Virus record (IMG/VR): IMGVR_UViG_3300035698_013504
Span: 136,904-200,903 of that record
Strand: one strand, 5' to 3'
Source of the DNA: a virus
Lineage: Duplodnaviria > Caudoviricetes
Length of the DNA: 64,000 bases
Shown in pieces: positions 46,111-54,450 of the stretch. Under the pieces are notes generated by a model. That model did not search any database. It worked only from the letters and a program-made list of their open reading frames with translations, and was not told the DNA's origin. The position numbers were made by a program, and so were the translations under genes. Positions within the stretch are counted from its first letter, which is position 1; each line of letters opens with the position of its first letter.

Positions 46111-47025
46111 ATGACCATCGTGACTCATGGTGGTACGGCCCACGCCGATGAGGTCATGTCGATTGCGCTGCTCGTATTGCGTGATGAGCATGTCCGCGCG
46201 GCGTACCGAAGACAGGCCCTCGATATCAAACGTGTCGCAAACTTCATGGATGACACGATTGCCCCGGGCGACTGGGTGTTGGATGTCGGGCTGATACATG
46301 ATCCCGAACGTTTGCGATTTGACCATCACCAGCAAAGGCCGCCCGTTGATAGCACGTTCAGTTTGCTCGCTAAGCATTTCGGGCTACATGAGACGCTGTC
46401 AACATGCACCTCGTGGTACAACCAGATCGTGTGCGTAGACGTACACGGCCCTATAAAGTACATGGAGAGCCTTGGGTTCTCAGACCCTACGATGGATACA
46501 TTCACCAGTGTGTTCAGCACCAGCATCCTTCAATGGTTTGTCACTCAGTTTGAGCGCCTGCCCATTGTTGGTATTGACTTGGCCGTACCTTGGCTAACCG
46601 AGCGTATCTCTGAGGCCCAGTCGATACGACTACGAGTTGATGAGCTGCTGGACACGGCGTCGGTATTTGGTAACGTAGTTGTCTTCCCGGATGCCGCGAC
46701 ACCTTTCGGCACAGGTTTGGCTATTCGCGAGCTTGTCTCGAGAAGTGATGTCTTTCTTGACATCGCCGTATCTATTCTCCCTGACAGTCGTGACAAAGGC
46801 ATGTGGTCGCTTATGCGGCTAGACGACGACGCAAGGGTAGACATGTTACGCATCGAAGAATTACCCTTTGTGGAGTTCGTACACGCCAACGGCTTTCTTG
46901 CCAAGGTGCGGTGCTCACTTCCTGAGGCTATTCAGCTTGCACAACAAACCATAAGGGAGGACGATGAGGATGTCTGGGAACGAAAGCACGACCGATGGCT
47001 TCAAGGAAAGCCTGGAAGATCTTAA
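46111..47025 (+). CDS. MYG1-family (UPF0160) nuclease/hydrolase
   Basis: VTHGGTAHADE, VLDVG...DP...FDHHQ, FVHANGF. Confidence 0.8.
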   Translation: MTIVTHGGTAHADEVMSIALLVLRDEHVRAAYRRQALDIKRVANFMDDTIAPGDWVLDVGLIHDPERLRFDHHQQRPPVDSTFSLLAKHFGLHETLSTCTSWYNQIVCVDVHGPIKYMESLGFSDPTMDTFTSVFSTSILQWFVTQFERLPIVGIDLAVPWLTERISEAQSIRLRVDELLDTASVFGNVVVFPDAATPFGTGLAIRELVSRSDVFLDIAVSILPDSRDKGMWSLMRLDDDARVDMLRIEELPFVEFVHANGFLAKVRCSLPEAIQLAQQTIREDDEDVWERKHDRWLQGKPGRS

Positions 47026-47413
47026 CGCCCACGTGGTGGATCTCGACGAACAGCTGCGTGCGGCCGAGAGTAAGGTGAGTAGCCTAGAGCACGAGTTGGC
47101 GGATACGAAGTTGGCCCACATCGCCGCGGCCGACAAGGCGACGGCGCTTGAGGTCATAATCGTCATGAAGAACGAGCAGCTTGAAAGGGACCACGAACGT
47201 CTCTGCGGGCTCATCGCATGGCTTGGCTATTATCACGCCAAGCTCAAAGGCCTCCAGTCGGCGCTGAGTGCTGTTACCGTCTTGTCATGCGATATCGACA
47301 TGAACTTCGAGGACTTCCGTAAGAAGCCCCCGATGGTAGGAACGCCCATCGCACTGTCTGATCAGACGGAACGCATTTCGGGTACGGCTGCTGAAGCGGA
47401 ACCGGTAAGGTGA
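46970..47413 (+). CDS. Coiled-coil hypothetical protein
   Basis: Heptad-rich ORF. Confidence 0.6.
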   Translation: MSGNESTTDGFKESLEDLNAHVVDLDEQLRAAESKVSSLEHELADTKLAHIAAADKATALEVIIVMKNEQLERDHERLCGLIAWLGYYHAKLKGLQSALSAVTVLSCDIDMNFEDFRKKPPMVGTPIALSDQTERISGTAAEAEPVR

Positions 47414-47823
47414 GTACCCAACGCCCCTGCACTATGTGTGCGCGCTGCTGCGGTGCTTCGCCTTGCTACATACCCGCGAGGTACGAGCAGTTCCTGCGCC
47501 ACACTTGTTGTGATATAGGCGTGCGCTTCTCGCGCAAGTGGGAGCTTTGTGTCACTAATTGGCCTATTGAAAGCCTGGCGGTGTCTGACCCGAATCGGGC
47601 GCCTCCGACAGACACGGCCCTACGAAGTTTCACGTACCGCCCGCGCGTAAGACGTGGCCGGTGTGCCTTCCTAACCGACGCCAATGAGTGTCGGTTTTTC
47701 TACCATCTTGAGGGACCCAAGAAGGGAGAACCTCGAGACCTCACGCTTGCCCGGCGCTTGATAAACGCCGAGAAGGGCTGCATGTTTAGGCCTCCGGTTG
47801 TTCGTCGTCACACGCGCAACTAA
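47410..47823 (+). CDS. YkgJ-like Cys-cluster protein
   Basis: CTMCARCC...CAFL...C. Confidence 0.6.
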   Translation: MSTQRPCTMCARCCGASPCYIPARYEQFLRHTCCDIGVRFSRKWELCVTNWPIESLAVSDPNRAPPTDTALRSFTYRPRVRRGRCAFLTDANECRFFYHLEGPKKGEPRDLTLARRLINAEKGCMFRPPVVRRHTRN

Positions 47824-47835
47824 GGATAGGAGAGC

Positions 47836-48360
47836 GTGAACGACCACTACATGGTCAAATGGGAAGGTGAAGGAGGGGATACGCACTACGGAACGGTTGA
47901 CGCATATAGTGAAGATGCGCAAGAGTTACGAGAGCGTAAGGTCCTTCTTATCGACGACGCGGTCTTGCATCTGCAGTACGAGGTGCCCGAGGCTAGCGTC
48001 ACAGACATTCCGTTTTCGTGGTCACAGCCCGACGAGTATACTTCATATGTCACCTCCGCGTTTAACGCAGCGGTAGCACGTGCAGCATCGTTGGGTAAAG
48101 GACTGAAACCGGGTAAGCTACTCCGCACACAAGTGGGGGACGGCTATGCTTGGTACATTGTTACGAAGGTAACACGAACGCAGGCAAACATCGAATGGCG
48201 AGGATTCTGCCCAGATCATTGGTATGATCAGGTCCTCGGGGCTGGCGGGTCTTTTGATAGAAGTATTATCGCTAGGCTTGTACAGCAACGTGAGTACGTA
48301 TATAAACATCAACCCCAAACCGAAGCATTTGCCACAAAGGAACAACAAGATGAAGGTTAA
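47836..48360 (+). CDS. Hypothetical protein upstream of Ubl
   Basis: RBS AGGAG; stop overlaps the Ubl start. Confidence 0.7.
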   Translation: MNDHYMVKWEGEGGDTHYGTVDAYSEDAQELRERKVLLIDDAVLHLQYEVPEASVTDIPFSWSQPDEYTSYVTSAFNAAVARAASLGKGLKPGKLLRTQVGDGYAWYIVTKVTRTQANIEWRGFCPDHWYDQVLGAGGSFDRSIIARLVQQREYVYKHQPQTEAFATKEQQDEG

Positions 48361-48637
48361 GATCTTCCCCCTCGCCGCTACGCCCCTGGAAGTTGAGCTC
48401 CCCGACACCATCGAGAACATCTCGGTAAAGCACATCTTCAGCCAGACCGGCACCGGCCGCGTCTTCAACGAGGACGATAACACCATCATGGGCGTTATCC
48501 AGGCTCGCCACGGTTCCTTCGAGAACTACGGCTCCGTTCACGTGAACGGCAACGTCGCCACCCTCGCCACGTCCCTCCGCAACGGCGACAACATCATGAT
48601 CGTCCCGCGCGTCCAGGGCGGCCGTCTGGTCGGCTAA
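48350..48637 (+). CDS. Ubiquitin-like (ThiS/MoaD beta-grasp) protein, 95 aa, GG followed by RLVG
   Basis: MKVKIFP...VHVNG...SLRNGDNIMIVPRVQGG-RLVG; RBS AAGG; strongly biased codon usage. Confidence 0.85.
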   Translation: MKVKIFPLAATPLEVELPDTIENISVKHIFSQTGTGRVFNEDDNTIMGVIQARHGSFENYGSVHVNGNVATLATSLRNGDNIMIVPRVQGGRLVG

Positions 48638-48667
48638 GGCGGCAGTCAATCCGGCAGTTAGACGATG

Positions 48668-48718
48668 GACCGTCACCCACCCACCGCTGCACGAGTGGGT
48701 GGCGGTCTTCGTTGGTTC
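48668..48718 (+). terminator. Attenuating hairpin between Ubl and E2
   Basis: 13-bp GACCGTCACCCAC/GTGGGTGGCGGTC stem followed by TTCGTTGGTT. Confidence 0.6.
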
Positions 48719-48733
48719 GTAATGGAGATTCTC

Positions 48734-50518
48734 ATGGAAGTAAGGTTAGAAGCTAGCGGACTCGCTATGTCCCCGGAATCACTTACCCAGCCGCTCTCCT
48801 TTCTATCGCACCAGGTAGGTAAGCCGGTGCGAGTCGTCGATTGGAATGACAGCATCATCAACGCGGACCTGGTAGACCGAAGTGAGCTTCTGGTCTGCTT
48901 CGTGCCGCCAGAGCGCAGTCGCCAGATGCGCGACCACCTCTACTACGGCACCACAGGTCACCGCGCGCTGGAACCAGCGACCTCATCGCGTCGGTCCGAT
49001 CGGATACGAACCAGCAGCACGTTCTGTAACGCGCTGCTATTGGATACCGGTCAGGTCGTCGAGCAAACGATGTTGTCCGACGTTGTTCAATGCGCGATCC
49101 CGGTCCTGGCCGACTTCTTCGACCACGAGGTCCAAACCGCGCAGACCCCCGAGTTTCTCAGGTCAATTACCCGGGGCATACAGCGATTCTTCCAGACCAA
49201 CACCAGAGACGAGCAGGTCATTTTGGCGCAGGCGCAGGAGAAGTACGAGAACCTGCGTGCCGAGATGTATGAAACAAACCGGACGATCATCCGGGCACGC
49301 GCGATTGTCAACTCGATGCAATTCAGTGAGGAAAGTCTGGTTGACGGCAGGTCGCGTATTGCGGCCAACAGGCTGGCCTCGTTGGTTGACACTGGTGTGT
49401 ACAAACGCATCAGGATCACCGAAGATAACGTCGAAGCCGAGACCGGCCATATCGATATCCTCTGGCAGAACTACGCCATTCCGATGGGCACGTACAAAGT
49501 GTACATCAGTTTGTCTACCGGCCGTCTCACCGTCAGAGCGGTTACGTTGTCGCATAACTCGCCTAACGGGTATACCCATCCGCACCTTAGTAGCGGAGAT
49601 GTCTGTTGGGGTAATCTCAGCGTTGAGGCGAGTAGGGCTCAGACTCGTGGTAACTGGGGTGATGCTTTGATGTATGCCCACGCACTTCTCCAGTCTTACT
49701 ACCCGGACAACCCGTATATCGTCATCGGTCGTTTCAGCTCAGCCGAGGGGGTTCTCCCCAGCGAATTGATGCACGGCCCCGGCGACGAGGATCGGTGCGA
49801 AGGGTGCGATGATCGTAACTCGCCCTACTGTATCTTCAGCTGTGACCACAACGAGGACGGTGAAAGGTTCACGAGTGATGACTGCTGCGATTACGGCAAC
49901 ATCACGTGCTACACGACGTGTGACCACAACGCTGACCACTGCTGCATATCGCCGTGCGACAACTGCGACTACAGCAGCCCGACCGTAGCCGACTGCATGC
50001 GTTGTCAGAATAACCCGCATTTCATGCACAACAACCCGTGTAGGGCCTGTACCGAAGAGTACGTAGACGCCTGCCGCGCCTGCGAGTTCCAATCCCGGGT
50101 CGACGAAGCCGTTAGACGCGGTGTCGAAGACGCCAGACCAACAGAGGAACGTCCAGATGATCCGACAGATTCCGACGGGCCCAGTGACTCCGGCGACTCC
50201 GGCGAAGAAGCTGACCCCGCCAGTGACACCGGCGTCGAAAGCGAAGGAGCCGGAGGAGGAGGAGGACCTGTCCCAAATCGAGGGAACAGTGATCCGGTCC
50301 CTGTCTCAGCCGAAGCCTCCAACGATTCAGACGTCGGCGAAGCAGTCCGCAACCCCGGTGACGAAGCCAGACCCAGTCGTCGTCGGCAAGGTAGTGACGC
50401 CGCCAGCATCAGCGCAGACGTCAACACCGGCAACTCTACCGAAACCGTTTACACCGGCAGCCCCAGCAGCGTCGGCTACCCCAGCGACAGCCCCGTCGGG
50501 AGCGAAGTCGACCGTTAA
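48734..50518 (+). CDS. Prokaryotic E2-like (UBC-fold) protein with coiled coil and Cys-rich region
   Basis: YTHPHLSSGDVCWGN (HP...G.xC; Cys codon 49604-49606); ATG 48734 behind GGAG; about 20-Cys region downstream. Confidence 0.75.
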   Translation: MEVRLEASGLAMSPESLTQPLSFLSHQVGKPVRVVDWNDSIINADLVDRSELLVCFVPPERSRQMRDHLYYGTTGHRALEPATSSRRSDRIRTSSTFCNALLLDTGQVVEQTMLSDVVQCAIPVLADFFDHEVQTAQTPEFLRSITRGIQRFFQTNTRDEQVILAQAQEKYENLRAEMYETNRTIIRARAIVNSMQFSEESLVDGRSRIAANRLASLVDTGVYKRIRITEDNVEAETGHIDILWQNYAIPMGTYKVYISLSTGRLTVRAVTLSHNSPNGYTHPHLSSGDVCWGNLSVEASRAQTRGNWGDALMYAHALLQSYYPDNPYIVIGRFSSAEGVLPSELMHGPGDEDRCEGCDDRNSPYCIFSCDHNEDGERFTSDDCCDYGNITCYTTCDHNADHCCISPCDNCDYSSPTVADCMRCQNNPHFMHNNPCRACTEEYVDACRACEFQSRVDEAVRRGVEDARPTEERPDDPTDSDGPSDSGDSGEEADPASDTGVESEGAGGGGGPVPNRGNSDPVPVSAEASNDSDVGEAVRNPGDEARPSRRRQGSDAASISADVNTGNSTETVYTGSPSSVGYPSDSPVGSEVDR

Positions 50519-52241
50519 GCCCGTAGGGACAACGGTCGTGAAGACCGTCGCCGTGCCGAAGCAGCCACGTAACGCTTTCGGCGCCTACGACAGCACTGTC
50601 TATGACGTTGACGACAAGGTTGATCCCCCTGTCAACATCACCATCACTCAAACCGCGTACCAGAAGATCCGGGCATTCACCAATGCCGGGAACAGCCTCG
50701 AGATCAGTACCTTAGGTCTCGTCGATGTGATAACCCACGGACAGACCGAGCCCACCGAGTTACAGGTGAGCGACGTGTTCTTGGTTGAACAAAAGGGTAG
50801 TATGGGTGACACCACGATGGATTCGGAGGCTATCGCCAAGCTCATGATGGAGCTTATTGAAGAAGGCGTTGACACCTCCCGTATCCGCTGTTGGCACCAC
50901 ACCCATGGTACCGGCGGTGTTTTCTGGTCTGGAACAGACCACGACACTGCTTCGCGTATCTGCGCCGAGTGGGTCATCTGCCTGGTCACAAACGTGGCCG
51001 GTGACATGATTGCCCGTCTCGATCTCAATACACCCTTCCCCCTAACGGTCGATGAAGTCCCAGTCCGAGTGATATTGGACGGCGAGGACGACGTATGGGC
51101 CATTTGTAAGGAGGAAGTCGCAAAGAAGGTCACGAGTAGTTTCAGCGGAGTTGTCCGAGGTAACAATAAGTGGAACGGCAACTACGGTAACAGCTACGGA
51201 GGTAGATACGGAGCAGCAGGCGGCGACGACGACGACTTTTCAGGCTGGGGAATGTGTGGTCACCGATCAATCGGTGCGACCGGCAATTCCGCAGCAGGAC
51301 AGGACGCGTCGGGAGACCACGTTTACGCCGATCGCTTTGGCGATCCGGATGCGAAGTATGACGAGGTGGTCCACGAGTTAGGGGTCAAACCTGCGGATCA
51401 GGTTAGTACCCTACCTACGGGCATCGAAATCTACTGTCCGGCCTGTTCGGAGCTGCACAGAGTCATTGACGTGTGCCGAGAGGGCGTTGGAGGCGCCACT
51501 ATCTCCAGCGTCTTCGAAGCCATGGCAAAGCTCATGGCGGAGAAAACGTACATCTGGTGCCCCAACTGTAGGGGTACTGGCGGTATTGCCACCTCATGCG
51601 TTACCTGCATGGGTTACGGGTATCTCACGGAGCACGAGGTCGAAACTTTCCAGTTACTGCAAAGTGATAACCCCGAAGATCCCACTCCGATGGTCGTTGT
51701 TGAAGCTGACGACGATGACGATACGGCTAAGGCTCTTGCACTCTTTGATGCTCAAGCCGATATCGACGCGGAAGCGGAGATCGGCGAGCGTCTACGGATT
51801 ACCTCCGGCGAGTATGAAGAGATGGCCCTTCCGATGTGCCCGTTCGATCAGCTCCCGATGTTGCCGTACAGCCTACCCGTCTACTGTGCCCAATGTGATA
51901 ACACTCACACGGTTATGGACCCGTGCTTTGAGCCAACAGGGGTTAACGGTGACCGCGTAAGCAGTATCAAGAACACCATGGCTGCCCACATGTCGGTTCA
52001 CAAGTTCTTGTGGTGCCCCAGCTGTGTTGGTACCGGCGGAGATAACATGAGTTGCACTGACTGTCAGGGCCTCGGTTATCTCACGCATGAGAAGTACGCA
52101 GACGTCGAAGCTGACGCTGAAGGCCTGAAGGCTCTCCTCGCCACGCGACATGCCGCGGAGAACCCCAACGAAGAAACCAGTGTTCTGATTGTCAGTGTAT
52201 TGGAGGACGAGACCGATGGAACCAGCTGTACAAACACCTGA
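50157..52241 (+). CDS. JAB/MPN+ metallopeptidase with Pro-rich N-terminus and tandem Zn-finger repeats
   Basis: LEISTLG...WHHTHG...FWSGTD (E...HxH...SxxD); two CxxC...CxxCxGxG...CxxCxGxG repeats; ATG 50157 behind GAGGA. Confidence 0.85.
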   Translation: MIRQIPTGPVTPATPAKKLTPPVTPASKAKEPEEEEDLSQIEGTVIRSLSQPKPPTIQTSAKQSATPVTKPDPVVVGKVVTPPASAQTSTPATLPKPFTPAAPAASATPATAPSGAKSTVKPVGTTVVKTVAVPKQPRNAFGAYDSTVYDVDDKVDPPVNITITQTAYQKIRAFTNAGNSLEISTLGLVDVITHGQTEPTELQVSDVFLVEQKGSMGDTTMDSEAIAKLMMELIEEGVDTSRIRCWHHTHGTGGVFWSGTDHDTASRICAEWVICLVTNVAGDMIARLDLNTPFPLTVDEVPVRVILDGEDDVWAICKEEVAKKVTSSFSGVVRGNNKWNGNYGNSYGGRYGAAGGDDDDFSGWGMCGHRSIGATGNSAAGQDASGDHVYADRFGDPDAKYDEVVHELGVKPADQVSTLPTGIEIYCPACSELHRVIDVCREGVGGATISSVFEAMAKLMAEKTYIWCPNCRGTGGIATSCVTCMGYGYLTEHEVETFQLLQSDNPEDPTPMVVVEADDDDDTAKALALFDAQADIDAEAEIGERLRITSGEYEEMALPMCPFDQLPMLPYSLPVYCAQCDNTHTVMDPCFEPTGVNGDRVSSIKNTMAAHMSVHKFLWCPSCVGTGGDNMSCTDCQGLGYLTHEKYADVEADAEGLKALLATRHAAENPNEETSVLIVSVLEDETDGTSCTNT

Positions 52242-52962
52242 AGCCGTTGAAGAAGAAGTTGTCGAGACGGCGGAGGAAGAGGTTGTGGCTGATGACTTCG
52301 AGGCTCCCCCTTCGTACTTACGTCAGTTGGACATTTGCCCGCCCGATAAGCTTCAGTTCCCGATCACAGTGATCGGGGCTGGCGCCATCGGTTCTGCCGT
52401 CGTTCTCGCCATATCGAAGATGGGATGCCAAAACATCACCGTCTTCGACCATGACACTCTGGAGGCACACAACGTGCCCAACCAGATCTGTCTCTCGGCG
52501 GCAGTCGGAGAAGGTAAGGTCGAGGCCCTTGATGCCTTGATTAGGAATTTGTGCGGCTACGGACTCCAAGCCAAAAAGCCCTTCAAGTACACAGGGCAGA
52601 CGGTTGAGGGAGTACTCGTACTTGCCGTTGACGACATGGATACACGCATCAACATCTGGAAGTGGATCCAGGAGAATAGCCGTCGTCAGCCGGACCTCAT
52701 CATCGATGCTCGTATGGGCGCCGAGGTGGGTCGCATTCACTCAGCCTACATGAACGATACGTTGGGAGTCGAGGCATTTGATGCGAACCTTTACCCGAGC
52801 AGCGAAGCTCTTGAGCTTCCGTGTTCGGCACGTTCGATCATCTTCTGTCCGATCGTGTTGGGAGGCCTGGTCGCCGCGCTTATCAAAAAGCACGCGATGG
52901 ACCAGGACATTCCGCACAACCTGGCGCTCGACATGGAGAACCTGGGTATCGTGCGTTTCTAG
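52216..52962 (+). CDS. ThiF/E1-like adenylating enzyme
   Basis: IGAGAIGS, FDHDTLEAHNVPNQ, LAVDDM, IDARMG, candidate catalytic Cys in ELPCSAR (52822-52824). Confidence 0.92.
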   Translation: MEPAVQTPEAVEEEVVETAEEEVVADDFEAPPSYLRQLDICPPDKLQFPITVIGAGAIGSAVVLAISKMGCQNITVFDHDTLEAHNVPNQICLSAAVGEGKVEALDALIRNLCGYGLQAKKPFKYTGQTVEGVLVLAVDDMDTRINIWKWIQENSRRQPDLIIDARMGAEVGRIHSAYMNDTLGVEAFDANLYPSSEALELPCSARSIIFCPIVLGGLVAALIKKHAMDQDIPHNLALDMENLGIVRF

Positions 52963-53005
52963 CACGTTAACGCCGTTCAACATATAGACATACGCAAGTG
53001 TGTAT

Positions 53006-53080
53006 GGGGCATAGACGGGAGAGCGAGGCCCGGTAAGGGTCTTTCTCTTCCGTCTTGCCCCCTCTGTTCCCTTTACTTTA
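53006..53080 (+). terminator. Long hairpin ending the Ubl operon
   Basis: GGGGCATAGACGGGAGAG/CTCTTCCGTCTTGCCCC followed by a pyrimidine tract. Confidence 0.65.
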
Positions 53081-53100
53081 GTAGTGAGGAGCCTAATACT

Positions 53101-53559
53101 GTGCTACGCGGAGACGAGTTGGAGAATGTTCTATCTCCGGAAGAACTTAGACGCATGTTTACACAGCCACCGGAATCAATGAACCTTAACCAGCTAATCG
53201 AATCCCTCGAAGCCCTCCGCGTTGAGTTGAAGGCTGGGGGCACGCCTGTTTCGCTCTCCCTCATCGATCGGCTGGTACTGGACGACGGCGCTGTTGTGAC
53301 CCAGGGAGACATCAACGGGCACAAGATCGCCATGGTCGCGGCATGGGCATGCCCCGAAGATGGTAAGGAGGCTATCCTGCTGCGTATAGACCCCGAGGAA
53401 GCAAAGGACGACTTCGTCCATGTAGGAAATACCAACGACGTCGGCGGGAGGCTTGGGCCTCCCAAGATTCTGCGACTGGTTGCCATTTCCGAGTCCTGCG
53501 TCACGATGACCCTCAAGGAATACGAGGATCAGCCTGACGCACAAGATGGAGAGGGGTAA
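53101..53559 (+). CDS. Hypothetical protein
   Basis: RBS GAGGAG; GTG start. Confidence 0.6.
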   Translation: MLRGDELENVLSPEELRRMFTQPPESMNLNQLIESLEALRVELKAGGTPVSLSLIDRLVLDDGAVVTQGDINGHKIAMVAAWACPEDGKEAILLRIDPEEAKDDFVHVGNTNDVGGRLGPPKILRLVAISESCVTMTLKEYEDQPDAQDGEG

Positions 53560-53676
53560 ACACTACCCCGTGCACACACTATGTCCAGCGGACGAGCCGC
53601 GACCCCCAACGAGGACATGGACGCCATCTACGGCGAAGATGCCCCCTAACCTTAATACACAAAGGCGGTACCCTCA

Positions 53677-54426
53677 ATGCCTCTTAACAACGTTTCGAGC
53701 TTCTGCGCCAATCCCGAGAACTTTGCCAATATCCCCACAGCCCCGGCCCGTCAGCCGCATGACGGCCGCCTTATCGTTCATGTCGGGTTCCATTCGAGCG
53801 ACAAAGACTTCTTCTGTGCATCCTACTCCCCTGACACTGGTATCTTCACGTGTTGGGAGCAGTACGGCCGGGAGGGCCGAGAGCGTACTGTCGCGGCGGA
53901 CTACATCGCGCGTGACTCGGAAAACTACAAGTTGGACTTCACCGGCCCCACACCCATTCAGAAGTTGGCGTCGACCGCTATGAATGGCACTGACCTGCGC
54001 ATGGATATCACAGCAACGTGCCCGGGGTGTAGCGAGTCTGAAGGGCGGGTCCACCAGATCGGCTGCGAGATGGAGATTTGTCCCTTCTGTGGTGGCAAGC
54101 TCTTCGGCTGTGCCTGTCGATTCAGGCTCTTGAGCCTTGTCGACCCGAGTACGTACGACGCGACGACGGGGTTTCTGCCCCCTGAGGTCTTCGCGGACGG
54201 GCTTAACGACGAGATGCAGGCCCGCTGGAATCAGATACTCGCCGATAGAGGCCGATGCGTCTTTATCAAGTATCCGCCTCTCTGTTCGTACTGCGGCACA
54301 CCCAGGAACCTGATGTCCCCCCTTCCCGTAGAATGGGGTGCGTTCGTCGCACTGGATTATCAGGGTAAGCCTATGTGCCACCAGTGTTTCGCGCGTATCA
54401 AGCATCTCACACTTCGCGCCAGATAA
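53677..54426 (+). CDS. Cys-rich hypothetical protein, paralog 1
   Basis: CPGC...H..GC..E.CPFCGGKLFGC.C; paralog of the next gene. Confidence 0.75.
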   Translation: MPLNNVSSFCANPENFANIPTAPARQPHDGRLIVHVGFHSSDKDFFCASYSPDTGIFTCWEQYGREGRERTVAADYIARDSENYKLDFTGPTPIQKLASTAMNGTDLRMDITATCPGCSESEGRVHQIGCEMEICPFCGGKLFGCACRFRLLSLVDPSTYDATTGFLPPEVFADGLNDEMQARWNQILADRGRCVFIKYPPLCSYCGTPRNLMSPLPVEWGAFVALDYQGKPMCHQCFARIKHLTLRAR

Positions 54427-54450
54427 CCCGTTACGCATAGGAGGCATCGC

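Noticed and set aside
48272-48676. Minus-strand ORF opposite Ubl (also 53674-54447, 36438-37208, 39556-40203)
   Set aside because: Shadow ORFs produced by codon bias in genuine + strand genes.
48665-48733. E2 start at 48665 as given in the ORF track
   Set aside because: These codons run through a terminator-like hairpin; ATG 48734 has a proper GGAG RBS.
48350-52962. Thiamine/molybdopterin sulfur-relay interpretation of ThiS + ThiF
   Set aside because: No ThiG, MoaE, rhodanese or cysteine desulfurase nearby, whereas E2-like and JAB genes are interposed; conjugation fits better, though it is unproven.
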